Source: an uncultured delta proteobacterium (GTDB taxonomy: Bacteria; Desulfobacterota; Syntrophorhabdia; Syntrophorhabdales; WCHB1-27). Taken from it: 64,000 bases of DNA. The stretch covers positions 1 through 64,000 of the forward strand of contig CAWEPK010000001.1 in the NCBI GenBank assembly GCA_963810935.1, given 5' to 3'. Both the position numbers and the translations under genes were made by a program. A model generated the notes under the pieces. That model worked only from the letters and a program-made list of their open reading frames with translations. It ran no database searches and was not told the DNA's origin. The number at the start of each line of letters is the position of its first letter. Within the stretch, counting starts at the first letter, position 1. Positions 1 to 8,986 of this stretch are shown here, piece by piece.

Positions 1-1895
1 GCTTCTTCGGTAAGGGGCGGCGGAACGGGGACGCCCGATATCTTGGTCACCGCGCGGAACTTGGGAGGACAGACTTCAAAGCACGTTCCACATTTCGTGC
101 ACTTTTCCTGATCTACCATATGGATGAGGTTCTTCCCCCCTATAATCGCTTCCGAGGGGCATTTCCTGGCGCAGGTGGTGCAGGCGTTGCACTTCGCGGG
201 GTCGATGTAGAAGTTGATAAGCTCCTTGCACGACAAGGCGGGGCAGCGCTTCTCTTTAACGTGCGCCTCGTACTCGTCCCTGAAGTATTTAAGCGTTGAG
301 AGGAAGGGGTTCGGGGAGCTTTTACCGAGCGCGCAGAGGGCCGCCTCTATGGCAGTCTCGGAGAGCGCCTCGAGGGTCTCTACGTCGCCTTCCTTGCCTT
401 TGCCCTTGGTGATATTGGTAAGCAGCTTGAGCATCTGCCTCATGCCCTCACGGCAGGGTACGCACTTGCCGCACGACTCGTCGGTGAGGAACTCCATGAA
501 GTACCTGGCGACGTCGACCATGCAGGTATCTTCATCCATGACGATCATGCCGCCGGAGCCCATCATCGAGCCTGCTTTGGTCATCTCGTCGAAGCCGACT
601 GGCAGGTCAAGGGCGTCTTCAGGCAGGCAGCCGCCCGAAGGCCCGCCCGTCTGTACTGCCTTGAACTTCTTGCCGTTCGGTATGCCGCCGCCTATGTCGT
701 AAATGATCTCCTTCAGAGGAGTGCCCATAGGCACTTCCACGAGACCCGTATTCGTTATCTTGCCGACAAGGGAGAATATCTTGGTGCCCTTGCTCGTCTC
801 CGTGCCGTATTGCGTGAACCAGTCGGCGCCGTTGTTGATGATAAGCGGGACGTTGGCCCACGTCTCGACGTTGTTGAGGACGGACGGTTTGCTCCAGAGG
901 CCGACGATATTGGACCGGATATACTTGGGCCTGGGCTCTCCCGCCCTGCCTTCGATGGCGGTCATCAGGGCGGTCGATTCGCCGCAAACAAAGGCGCCTG
1001 CGCCCCTGTGTACCTTGACGACGAAGTCGAAGCCGGAACCCAGGATGTTCTTGCCCTGGAGGCCCATTTCTTCCGCCGTCTTTATGGCCATGTTGACGTT
1101 TTCGACAGCGAGGGGATATTCCTGGCGGACGTATATGTAGCCCTCGTGGGCGCCTATCGCATAAGCCCCCAGGGTCAGGCCCTCAAGCACCGCATGCGGG
1201 TTGCCTTCGAGCAAGCTCCTGTCCATGTAGGCGCCGGGGTCGCCCTCATCCGCGTTGACGATCACGTATTTCACAGGGTCTTTCGCGTTGCGGGAGCCTT
1301 CCCATTTGACGCCTGCCGGGAAGCCGCCGCCTCCACGACCCCGGAGGTTGGCCTTCTTGACTTCCTGGAGCACGTCGTCGGGGCTCATGGCGCCCAGGGC
1401 CTTGGCCAGGGCGGCGTATCCGCCTATGGCCAGGTAGTCGTCGACGTTCTTCGGGTCAACGCTGACGTTCGCGCCGAAGACGATGCGCCCCTGGTTCTTG
1501 TAGAAAGGTATCTCCGACTCGTGGATGATCTTTTCTTTGGTGACCGGGTCGTTGTAGACCAGGCGGTCTATGACCTTCTTGCCCACTATCGTCTCGGAGA
1601 TGATCTCAGGCACGTCCTCCGGCTTGATCTGGAAGTAGCATATCTCGTCGGGCCGGATGACGATGATGGGGCCTCTCTCGCAGAAGCCGTGGCAGCCTGT
1701 CTTCCTTATATCGACCGTGGAAGAAAGGCCCTGCTTTGCCACCTCTTCTTCGAGCTTGATCGCCACTTCCCGGCTGCCCGAGGCATGGCAGGCAGAACCC
1801 GAGCAGAGGGTGATGACCGTCTTCTTCGGGTCTCTCTGCGAGATGATATCTTTTCTGAGTGCTTCGAGGTCGGCGGGTGAGTTTATCCGCGGCAT
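1..1895 (-). CDS. NuoF/HydB-like NAD(P)H-binding flavoprotein subunit (BamH-like); 3' end runs off the window
   Basis: Manual translation from ATG at 1895: MPRINSPADLEALRKDIISQRDPKKTVITLCSGSACHASG..., LRGRGGGGFPAGVKW, NADEGDPGAYMDR, ESCGKCVPCREG, C-terminal 2x[4Fe-4S] (CTKCGTCFEVCP). Absent from the ORF track because it is partial. Confidence 0.92.
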   Translation of the reverse strand, partial: MPRINSPADLEALRKDIISQRDPKKTVITLCSGSACHASGSREVAIKLEEEVAKQGLSSTVDIRKTGCHGFCERGPIIVIRPDEICYFQIKPEDVPEIISETIVGKKVIDRLVYNDPVTKEKIIHESEIPFYKNQGRIVFGANVSVDPKNVDDYLAIGGYAALAKALGAMSPDDVLQEVKKANLRGRGGGGFPAGVKWEGSRNAKDPVKYVIVNADEGDPGAYMDRSLLEGNPHAVLEGLTLGAYAIGAHEGYIYVRQEYPLAVENVNMAIKTAEEMGLQGKNILGSGFDFVVKVHRGAGAFVCGESTALMTAIEGRAGEPRPKYIRSNIVGLWSKPSVLNNVETWANVPLIINNGADWFTQYGTETSKGTKIFSLVGKITNTGLVEVPMGTPLKEIIYDIGGGIPNGKKFKAVQTGGPSGGCLPEDALDLPVGFDEMTKAGSMMGSGGMIVMDEDTCMVDVARYFMEFLTDESCGKCVPCREGMRQMLKLLTNITKGKGKEGDVETLEALSETAIEAALCALGKSSPNPFLSTLKYFRDEYEAHVKEKRCPALSCKELINFYIDPAKCNACTTCARKCPSEAIIGGKNLIHMVDQEKCTKCGTCFEVCPPKFRAVTKISGVPVPPPLTEE

Positions 1896-1905
1896 GATTT
1901 TTTCC

Positions 1906-2358
1906 TCAATCGTAGTTTTTCAGTACGTCGGCCGTCTGGACAGGGGACATCTTGCCGTGTGTCTTCCCGTCGATCTCCATGACGGGACCCAAGGCGCAGC
2001 AGCCCAGGCAGTTGACGATCTCCAGGCTGAATTTCAGCTCCAGGTCCGTCTCGCCGGGCTTGATGCCCGTTATCTCCTCCACCGTGTCGAGGACGCGTGA
2101 CGCCCCTCGGACGTGGCAGGCCGTGCCCATGCAGATGTGGACCTGGTGGCGGCCCTTCGGCACTAGGCTGAATGCCTTGTAGAAGGTGGCGATATGCTGG
2201 ATGCGCGTCATGGGGACCTGGAGTTTTTCTGCTACTCTGCCCAAGGCCTCCCTGGGCAGCCAGCTATTCTCCGCCTGGATGTCTAAAAGCACCTGGATGA
2301 GATAGCTCGCATCGCCGTGATACTTGTCGATGATCTGGTCGATTCTCTCATTGTCCAT
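1906..2358 (-). CDS. NuoE/HydC-like [2Fe-2S] subunit (BamG-like)
   Basis: ATFYKAF, CMGTACHVRG and NCLGCCALGP motifs. Confidence 0.93.
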   Translation of the reverse strand: MDNERIDQIIDKYHGDASYLIQVLLDIQAENSWLPREALGRVAEKLQVPMTRIQHIATFYKAFSLVPKGRHQVHICMGTACHVRGASRVLDTVEEITGIKPGETDLELKFSLEIVNCLGCCALGPVMEIDGKTHGKMSPVQTADVLKNYD

Positions 2359-2412
2359 AGGATATGTCCCGGTCCTTACTTTTTTTGCTCTCTGCTCAAG
2401 GCACAGTCCGCC

Positions 2413-3198
2413 TTAAGCGACGGCGTAACGCTTCTCGCTTTCGTCGTACCTGACGAGCCTCTGGCGCGACGAGCTGTTCAGGTACTTCGACACCTCCGAC
2501 GGGGTAAGGCCCAGGGCCTTAGCTATCTCGGCTGTGGACAGCGGCTTCTCCCGCAAAAGGGCGATGATCTGCGTGACAGCGAGCTTGTCGAAAATTGTTT
2601 CCTTAAATATCCTGTTCACTTCGTCGCTGTTGAAAAACTTGTCGTAGCGCTCTTCCTGCTCTCCCGATACCCGCAAGGAGAGGGGCGGTCTCAGCCTTTC
2701 CGTTTGTACCAGCTTGATGTACGGGATAAGCTTTCTGACTGATTCAAGCCTGAACTTTAATGCATCTTTGTCAATTCCTTCGCTTTTGCCCAGCGGGCCC
2801 AGCTCCTCAACTTGCCTGCCGAAATCGTTCATGATATTGGCAAACCGGATTCCTTCACCAGCGGAAACCCATTCAAGCCTTAACCGGTCCGGGTTCACCC
2901 CTATATGCCCCAGTAATTTCCTGGCTATGGTTACCACGCTCAGCGCATCGTAATTTCCGTTGGTAATATAATGGCAGTCGTCAAGATGGCAGCCGCCGAC
3001 AAACATCGCGTCCTGCCCGGTCGAAAAGGCGAGCAGTATGTGGGCCAGATCGACCCTGGCCGAGCACATCACCCTTATAAGCCTTATATAGGGAGGGTAT
3101 TGAAAACGGGAGACGCCGCAAAGGTCCGCCCCTCCGTAGCAGCACCAGTTGCATATAATGCCTAATATCCTTGGTTTAGACCTGGATCCCGTACTCAT
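2413..3198 (-). CDS. MvhD/FlpD-like [2Fe-2S] subunit with C-terminal winged HTH (BamF-like), Cys form
   Basis: CNWCCYGGADLCG, IRVMCSARVD, GCHLDDCHY, RLRLEWVSAGEG; C-terminal LSTAEIAKALGLTPSEVSKYL. Confidence 0.9.
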   Translation of the reverse strand: MSTGSRSKPRILGIICNWCCYGGADLCGVSRFQYPPYIRLIRVMCSARVDLAHILLAFSTGQDAMFVGGCHLDDCHYITNGNYDALSVVTIARKLLGHIGVNPDRLRLEWVSAGEGIRFANIMNDFGRQVEELGPLGKSEGIDKDALKFRLESVRKLIPYIKLVQTERLRPPLSLRVSGEQEERYDKFFNSDEVNRIFKETIFDKLAVTQIIALLREKPLSTAEIAKALGLTPSEVSKYLNSSSRQRLVRYDESEKRYAVA

Positions 3199-3256
3199 TT
3201 TATCGAACCTCCTTCGCTACCGACACCGGCTCTCTATTCATTCGTATACTCAGGCT

Positions 3257-6200
3257 CTACGATTCTCCAACGGCCGCATCAATCTGTTGAGCGGTTTCTT
3301 CCTGCGGCGCCGCAGCAATGATCTGGCTGAACAGCTCTTCATCGGTATAGTGCTTCAATGAGATAGCCCCTGTCGGGCATTTCGGATTGCAGAGACCGTC
3401 CCCCTTGCAGAGGACAGGAGTGACCCTGGCCTTCCTGCCTTGCGGCGACTCACAAAACTCTATAGCGCCGTAGGTGCATGCGCTAATGCATGCCCCGCAG
3501 GAAATGCACTTGTCCTCATCGACCGCGCACACGGAGCCGGAGGCGACGACCGTATCGTTTGCGAGGAGGGTCAAGGCCCGGCCCGCTGCGCCGTAGGCCT
3601 GGCTGACCGTTTCAGGTATAAGCTTGGGATAGTGGGCTATCCCGCAGAGGTAAATGCCTTCCGCCCCGAAGTCGACCGGTCTCAATTTTACATGGGCCTC
3701 CTGGAAGAACTCGTCAGGGCCCAGGGTGACCTTGAATAACCCGGAGATTTGTTTTCTGTCCGCGGAAGGGACCACGGCCGCGGCCAGGGCGACGATATCG
3801 GCATCCAATTCGAGCTTCTTCCCCAGAACATAATCGGTCACGGTCACTTTCAGGACCGGCCGGCCGTCTTCCGACTCGCCGGGCGCCACCTGGGGCGCCT
3901 CTTCCGGCTCGTAGCGAATGAACCTGACGCCCCTGTTTGCCGCTTCCCGGTAATAATCCTCTTTGAAGCCGTATGTCCTCATGTCCCTGTAGAGCACGTA
4001 AATGTCCATATTCGGGTTGATCTCTTTCAGCTTTAGGGCGTTCTTTATCGACTCGCTGCAGCATATCCTGCTGCAATAGTTCCTCTCTTCGTTCCTGCAC
4101 CCGACGCACTGGATCATCACGAGGCTCTGCGCAGCCGTGACCTTCTCGTCGCCCGCGAAGATCTTCTCCTCAAGCTCCAGGTGCGTCATGACCCTTTCGT
4201 CCTGCCCATAGAGGTATTCGGTGGGCTTGTATACCTCGGCGCCGGTCGCGATGACGGCGGCGCCGTGTTTTATCGCGGTGACTCCCCTGTCGGATTTCAC
4301 CGTGGTGACGAAATTACCAACGTAACCGGCGGCGCTGGTGATGGCAGCTTCCATATAAACATGTATCAGGGGGTGGTGATAAACCTTCTTGATGAGGTCG
4401 TTCAGATACGCCTGAACGTCCAGCCCCTCCAGGGTGTAGTGCACTTTTCGCGCGATTCCCCCGAGGTCTTTCCCCTTCTCCACCAGGTACACCTCATGTC
4501 CCTGGTTGGCTATGGAAAGAGCCGATGTCATGCCTGCTATGCCTCCACCGACCACGAGCGCTCTCTTGTCAACGGGCAAGTCGAACTCCTGGAGCGGCTC
4601 CAGCCGGCACGCCCGCGCCACCGCCATCCGGATGATGTCCTGCGCCTTTTCGGTGGCCTCTTCCTTTTCCTTCGAGTGGACCCAGGAGCAATGCTCCCTG
4701 ATATTCGCCATATCGTAGTAGTATTGGTTGATCCCCGCTTCCCGGAGGGTGTCCCGGAACAGGGGCTCGTGCGTCCTCGGAGTGCAGGCGGCGACGACCA
4801 CGCGATTGAGCCCCCTTTCCTTAATATCTTTTGAGAGCATCGCGGCTGCTTCGGTAGAACATATGAAGAGGCTTTCCTCGGCGTGAACGACATTCGGTAG
4901 CGTCAGGGCGTAGTTAACCGTGGAGGGAACGTTGACGATCCTTCCGATATTGGCCCCGCAATGACAGACATAGACGCCTACCCTGGGCTCGTCCCGAGAG
5001 ACATCTCTTTCCGCCGGATATACCCTTTCTTTCGAAAGGTTCCCCCTCCTGTAATCGAGCAGCTCGCCGCATTGAGCGCCGGCCCCGCATCCGGTCACCA
5101 CCGATTCGGGGATATCGAGAGGACCCTGGAAGGCGCCGCTTATAAAAACTCCCGGACGAGACGTCTCCATGGGATTGAAGGGATTGACCTTGCAGAATCC
5201 GTGAGCGTTAAGCTCTACGCCGAACCTCTTTGCGAGGTCCTTGAAATCGCGGGGAGGGTTCAACCCGACAGATAGCACGACCATGTCGAATTCTTCTTCT
5301 TTCACGCCATCGTCCGTGGTCGAGTACCTGACAGTAACGTTTTTCGTCTCCGGGTCCTCTTTCACTATCGACGTGTAGCTCCTGATAAACCGGATCCCCG
5401 GAAGTTTTTCCGCCCGCTGGTAGAATCGCTCGAAATCCTTGCCGTAGGAACGGATGTCGTTATGGAATATGGTGCACGCGGCCTCAGAGTCATGGTCTTT
5501 CGTTAAAATTACCTGTTTCTGCGTATAGGTGCAGCAGACAGCCGAGCAATAGCTGTTGCCGCCCTCCAGGACCTGTCTCGATCCGACGCAGTGGAGCCAT
5601 GCTATGTTGTGGGGATGCCTTTTGTCGGAAGCGCGCAGTATCTCGCCTTCGTAAGGACCGGTGGCGCAGAGCAGTCTTTCGTAGTCCATACTGGTTACCA
5701 CGTTCCGGAACTCTCCGTAACGATATTCCGCCCTTGTCCTGGGATCGAAGGGCTCGAAGCCGGGCGCCAGGATTATGCCGCCTACTTTTACCTCTACCTT
5801 CTCACCCGTCTGGTTAAAGTCTATGGCGTTGTTCTTACACACCCCTTCGCATAGACGACATTTTTTCTCTTTGAGGTAAAGACAGCTTTCGTCTATATAA
5901 GGCTTCAGGGGAATGGCCTGGGGGAAGTATATGTGTATGGCTTTGTTCTTCGATATATCCTGATTGAATCGATCGGGGTACTTGACCGGGCAGTACTCCG
6001 CGCAGCTCGTACAACCCGTGCATTTCTCCGCATGAATGTACCTGGGCTTTTTAATCAGCGTTACCTTGAAGTTCCCCGCTTCGCCTTCTATGCTGTCGAC
6101 CTCTGTATAGGTCATGATTTCTATGTTGGAATGCCGGTTGCATTCAACGAACTTTGGGGATTCGATGCACATGGAGCAGTCGTTCGTGGGAAAGGTCTTA

Positions 6201-6397
6201 TCGAGCTGGGCCATGTGGCCGCCGATGGTCGGCGCAGCATCGACCAGATAGACTTTGAAGCCCGCCGTGCCCAGGTCGAGGGATGCCTGTATGCCGCTGA
6301 TGCCGCCGCCGACGACCATTACATCCCCGAAGTTATCGCCTCCAAGGTTCCTGCAAAGTCGCTGGATATTGTCTTTAAGCTGTATTACGTTCTCCAT
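3257..6397 (-). CDS. hdrA: Large HdrA-like flavoprotein with two FAD domains (BamE-like)
   Basis: Two GGGxxG FAD motifs, LDKTFPTNDCSMC, CVGSR...YCSAVCC, CHCGANI, ANIREHCSWVH, ferredoxin motifs. Confidence 0.92.
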   Translation of the reverse strand: MENVIQLKDNIQRLCRNLGGDNFGDVMVVGGGISGIQASLDLGTAGFKVYLVDAAPTIGGHMAQLDKTFPTNDCSMCIESPKFVECNRHSNIEIMTYTEVDSIEGEAGNFKVTLIKKPRYIHAEKCTGCTSCAEYCPVKYPDRFNQDISKNKAIHIYFPQAIPLKPYIDESCLYLKEKKCRLCEGVCKNNAIDFNQTGEKVEVKVGGIILAPGFEPFDPRTRAEYRYGEFRNVVTSMDYERLLCATGPYEGEILRASDKRHPHNIAWLHCVGSRQVLEGGNSYCSAVCCTYTQKQVILTKDHDSEAACTIFHNDIRSYGKDFERFYQRAEKLPGIRFIRSYTSIVKEDPETKNVTVRYSTTDDGVKEEEFDMVVLSVGLNPPRDFKDLAKRFGVELNAHGFCKVNPFNPMETSRPGVFISGAFQGPLDIPESVVTGCGAGAQCGELLDYRRGNLSKERVYPAERDVSRDEPRVGVYVCHCGANIGRIVNVPSTVNYALTLPNVVHAEESLFICSTEAAAMLSKDIKERGLNRVVVAACTPRTHEPLFRDTLREAGINQYYYDMANIREHCSWVHSKEKEEATEKAQDIIRMAVARACRLEPLQEFDLPVDKRALVVGGGIAGMTSALSIANQGHEVYLVEKGKDLGGIARKVHYTLEGLDVQAYLNDLIKKVYHHPLIHVYMEAAITSAAGYVGNFVTTVKSDRGVTAIKHGAAVIATGAEVYKPTEYLYGQDERVMTHLELEEKIFAGDEKVTAAQSLVMIQCVGCRNEERNYCSRICCSESIKNALKLKEINPNMDIYVLYRDMRTYGFKEDYYREAANRGVRFIRYEPEEAPQVAPGESEDGRPVLKVTVTDYVLGKKLELDADIVALAAAVVPSADRKQISGLFKVTLGPDEFFQEAHVKLRPVDFGAEGIYLCGIAHYPKLIPETVSQAYGAAGRALTLLANDTVVASGSVCAVDEDKCISCGACISACTYGAIEFCESPQGRKARVTPVLCKGDGLCNPKCPTGAISLKHYTDEELFSQIIAAAPQEETAQQIDAAVGES

Positions 6398-6554
6398 TTT
6401 CCTTCACCTCATCAGATTCCTTGTGCCCCGTGCGGTTTCTCGCGCCCGTGGAAGCGCGCTACATTGCCGCAACGATCCGCTCCCTACTTCAAAAGGACAA
6501 ACGAGGCCACAGCCGATGATTTATTTTTAGGGAAGGAAAAAGGCGGGGGAAAAG

Positions 6555-6689
6555 TCAGGGCGAGGCGGGTGCTGTGCGAGAGACCGACCCCCTTTCTCTC
6601 TCCTTCCGTCGAACCTGAAGACCCAACCTAGGTCTTCCGCGGCCGGATTTGACCGCTCATATAAGAGAAAAGGGCGCCAAACGGTGCAT
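6555..6689 (-). CDS. Putative leader peptide (uORF) MHRLAPFSLI-UGA; 44 aa if UGA at 6659-6657 is read as Sec
   Basis: SD AAGGAGGTGA at 6703-6694, ATG at 6689, in-frame TGA at 6659-6657, next in-frame stop TGA at 6557-6555. Confidence 0.6.
6617..6656 (-). promoter_or_regulatory. SECIS-like structure 3' of the uORF UGA
   Basis: Hairpin GCGGUC-AAAUCC-GGCCGC (6656-6639), then hairpin GAAGACCU-AGGUU-GGGUCUUC (6637-6617) with apical AGGU resembling the E. coli fdhF SECIS loop. Confidence 0.55.
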
Positions 6690-6730
6690 TATGTCACCTC
6701 CTTTACCTTGAGAAAATAAGCACATGCTCT

Positions 6731-6759
6731 ATCCTAAATCAAATATTTTAATAAGTCAA
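6731..6759 (-). promoter_or_regulatory. sigma70-type promoter for the hdrA operon leader
   Basis: TTGACT (6759-6754), 17-nt spacer, TAGGAT (6736-6731) in an AT-rich patch. Confidence 0.65.
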
Positions 6760-6834
6760 AGGAAAAGCTGCGGGGCAAAAGGAAGTGCAAAAAACAGACG
6801 GTATCGGTCGTATCGGGACTAATGAGAATATTCG

Positions 6835-7737
6835 TTACGCGCTCTTCCCCCTGGTGCGCACCAGCTCCGACAACAGCCTGTCCGCTATCGTCCGGCCTTC
6901 GGCACGGTCGCCCTGCATCGCGTCCCTGAACAGTATGGTCCCGTCTTCTTCTGCGTAAACGGCGCGCACCACGACCCGGTTTCCTGAAAGCTGAGCGTTG
7001 ACGCCAAGGGGCACGCTGCACCCTCCACCGATGCCCAGGAGCAGCCTCCGCTCCAGGCCCACCTCGAACGCGGTCGCGTCGTGGTCGAGGGGACGCACCA
7101 GCTCCTCGGCCTCGGTTGCCGACCTCGCCTCTATGCCTATGGCCCCCTGGCCGCAGGGCGGCACCATGACATCGAGGGAGATGGCTTCTTTGATGCTCTC
7201 CCGGAGGCCCATCCGCATTACGCCCGCGCAAGCGAGAATAACGGCGTCGAGGTCGCCGGCTTCGAGCTTCCTTACCCGCGTGTCAACGTTGCCCCTTAGC
7301 GGGACGACTTCGATGTCCGGCCTCAGCGCAGCGATCTGCGCCTTGCGGCGCATACTGCTCGTGCCTATCCTGGCTCCCTGCCGCACGCCGAGAAGGGTAT
7401 CGTATTTCAGTGAGATAAAGGCGTCTCTCGGGTCTTCCCTCTTGAGTACGGCGCTCAAGCACAGCCCGTCGGAAAGCTCGGTCGGAAGGTCCTTGACGCT
7501 GTGGACCGCCAGGTCTATCCCGCCGGCCACAAGCTCTTCCTCAATCTCCTTTATGAAGAGGCCTTTGCTGCCGATCAGGTAGAGGGGCGTGTCCCAGATG
7601 GAATCACCCGTTGTTTTAATGACCTTGATAGTGAACTCCATCTCAGGGTAAAGGCGTGAAAGGCCGTCCCGGACGATATCCGTCTGGATCAGGGCGAGCT
7701 TACTTCCCCTCGTCCCTATTATCCACTTCTTTTTCAT
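6835..7737 (-). CDS. hemC: Hydroxymethylbilane synthase (porphobilinogen deaminase)
   Basis: IGTRGSKLALIQ, KGLFIKEIE, AVHSVKDLP, GTSSMRRKAQ, RGNVDTR. Confidence 0.97.
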   Translation of the reverse strand: MKKKWIIGTRGSKLALIQTDIVRDGLSRLYPEMEFTIKVIKTTGDSIWDTPLYLIGSKGLFIKEIEEELVAGGIDLAVHSVKDLPTELSDGLCLSAVLKREDPRDAFISLKYDTLLGVRQGARIGTSSMRRKAQIAALRPDIEVVPLRGNVDTRVRKLEAGDLDAVILACAGVMRMGLRESIKEAISLDVMVPPCGQGAIGIEARSATEAEELVRPLDHDATAFEVGLERRLLLGIGGGCSVPLGVNAQLSGNRVVVRAVYAEEDGTILFRDAMQGDRAEGRTIADRLLSELVRTRGKSA

Positions 7738-8980
7738 TATTCTCTCCGAGCAGCAGTTGTTTTATCAGGTCGAGGACTTCACGGCTGCCGTCTTCCTTAA
7801 GCGCGGCCAGATGGGGATGGACGATCTTGTTGACGATCGACTGAGTGAGCAGGTCTATCTGCCTGACGGTCTCGTCGTCCGGGTCCTTCAATTTTTGGAG
7901 CGTCTTTTTCAGCTCCTTGTCTCTCATAGCATCGAGATGCTTCCGGATGCGGGCGATAACCGGGTTCAGGTCGAGCCGGTCGAGCCACAGCGAGAACTTG
8001 CGGACCTCTTCGTCCACGATATCGTGCGCCTTGCGGGACTCCTCGACCCTGTTAGCCAGATGCGCCTGCGACTGGTCTTTCAGGTCGTCTATGTCATAAA
8101 GATAGACGTTCTCGATGTCGTTCACCGCAGGGTGTACGTCCCTCGGCACTGCGATGTCAATAAAAAAGAGGGGACGCATCTTCCTCTTCTTCATGGCGTC
8201 CATAACCATTGTCTTGTCGATGATCGGCTTCTCCGAGCCCGTGGAAGAGAGCACCATATCGACCCGCACGAGCAGGTCCGCCAGAGCTTCGAATGGGTGC
8301 GCTGTCCCTATTATCTGCTCGGCAAGCTGCTGGGCCGCTGCGAAGGTGCGGTTCGTCACCAGCACTTCCCCCAGGCCTTCCTTCCTGAAATGCTTGAGCG
8401 CGATTTCGCACATCTCGCCTGCGCCGACCACGAGTATCTGTTTCCGCTCGAGGGCGCCGAATATCTTGCGGGCGAGATCGACCGCCATTGCGCTGATCGA
8501 GACAGGGTTATAACCGATCCGCGTCTCCGAGCGGACCCGTTTTGCCACCTGAAACGCCCGGTTGAACACCTTTTCCAGAAAAGGACCGGCGGCCCCGCTT
8601 CCGCTCGCCGACCGATAGGCGTCTTTGACCTGCCCGAGTATCTGCGGCTCCCCTATGACCATCGAATCGAGTCCGGAGGCAACCAGGAAAAGGTGCCTGT
8701 ACGCCTCCTCATCGGTCAAAAGATAGGTATAGGAAGAAAGGGAGTCCGTGCCGAAGCGTCCCGTCAGAACATCGATTGCCGCCCGGCCCTGCGCCTCCTG
8801 TTCCGGCCCGGTGACGTAAACTTCCGTCCTGTTGCAGGTAGATATGACGGCAGCCTCTTGTGCCCCGGCGGCCTTCAGGTCGCCCAGCAGCCCGTGCGCA
8901 GCCTCTTCGGATATATAGAGCTTTTCCCTGATATCGAGAGGCGCAGTGTTATGGTTAAGGCCGAGGACGATTATGTGCAT
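7700..8980 (-). CDS. hemA: Glutamyl-tRNA reductase
   Basis: GLNHNTAP, STCNRTE, SGLDSMVIGEPQILGQVK, GAGEM, DIAVPRD; start taken at ATG 8980. Confidence 0.97.
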   Translation of the reverse strand: MHIIVLGLNHNTAPLDIREKLYISEEAAHGLLGDLKAAGAQEAAVISTCNRTEVYVTGPEQEAQGRAAIDVLTGRFGTDSLSSYTYLLTDEEAYRHLFLVASGLDSMVIGEPQILGQVKDAYRSASGSGAAGPFLEKVFNRAFQVAKRVRSETRIGYNPVSISAMAVDLARKIFGALERKQILVVGAGEMCEIALKHFRKEGLGEVLVTNRTFAAAQQLAEQIIGTAHPFEALADLLVRVDMVLSSTGSEKPIIDKTMVMDAMKKRKMRPLFFIDIAVPRDVHPAVNDIENVYLYDIDDLKDQSQAHLANRVEESRKAHDIVDEEVRKFSLWLDRLDLNPVIARIRKHLDAMRDKELKKTLQKLKDPDDETVRQIDLLTQSIVNKIVHPHLAALKEDGSREVLDLIKQLLLGENNEKEVDNRDEGK

Positions 8981-8986
8981 AATCAC

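Noticed and set aside
810..1880. 356-aa plus-strand ORF and other long antisense ORFs (7757-9493, 13645-14931, 29260-30621, 48880-50148, 62553-63833)
   Set aside because: These are shadow ORFs opposite well-supported genes in high-GC DNA and have no recognisable motifs.
6690..6705. 16S rRNA 3'-end fragment (TCACCTCCTTT)
   Set aside because: There is no other rRNA sequence around it; it is better explained as a minus-strand SD for the uORF.
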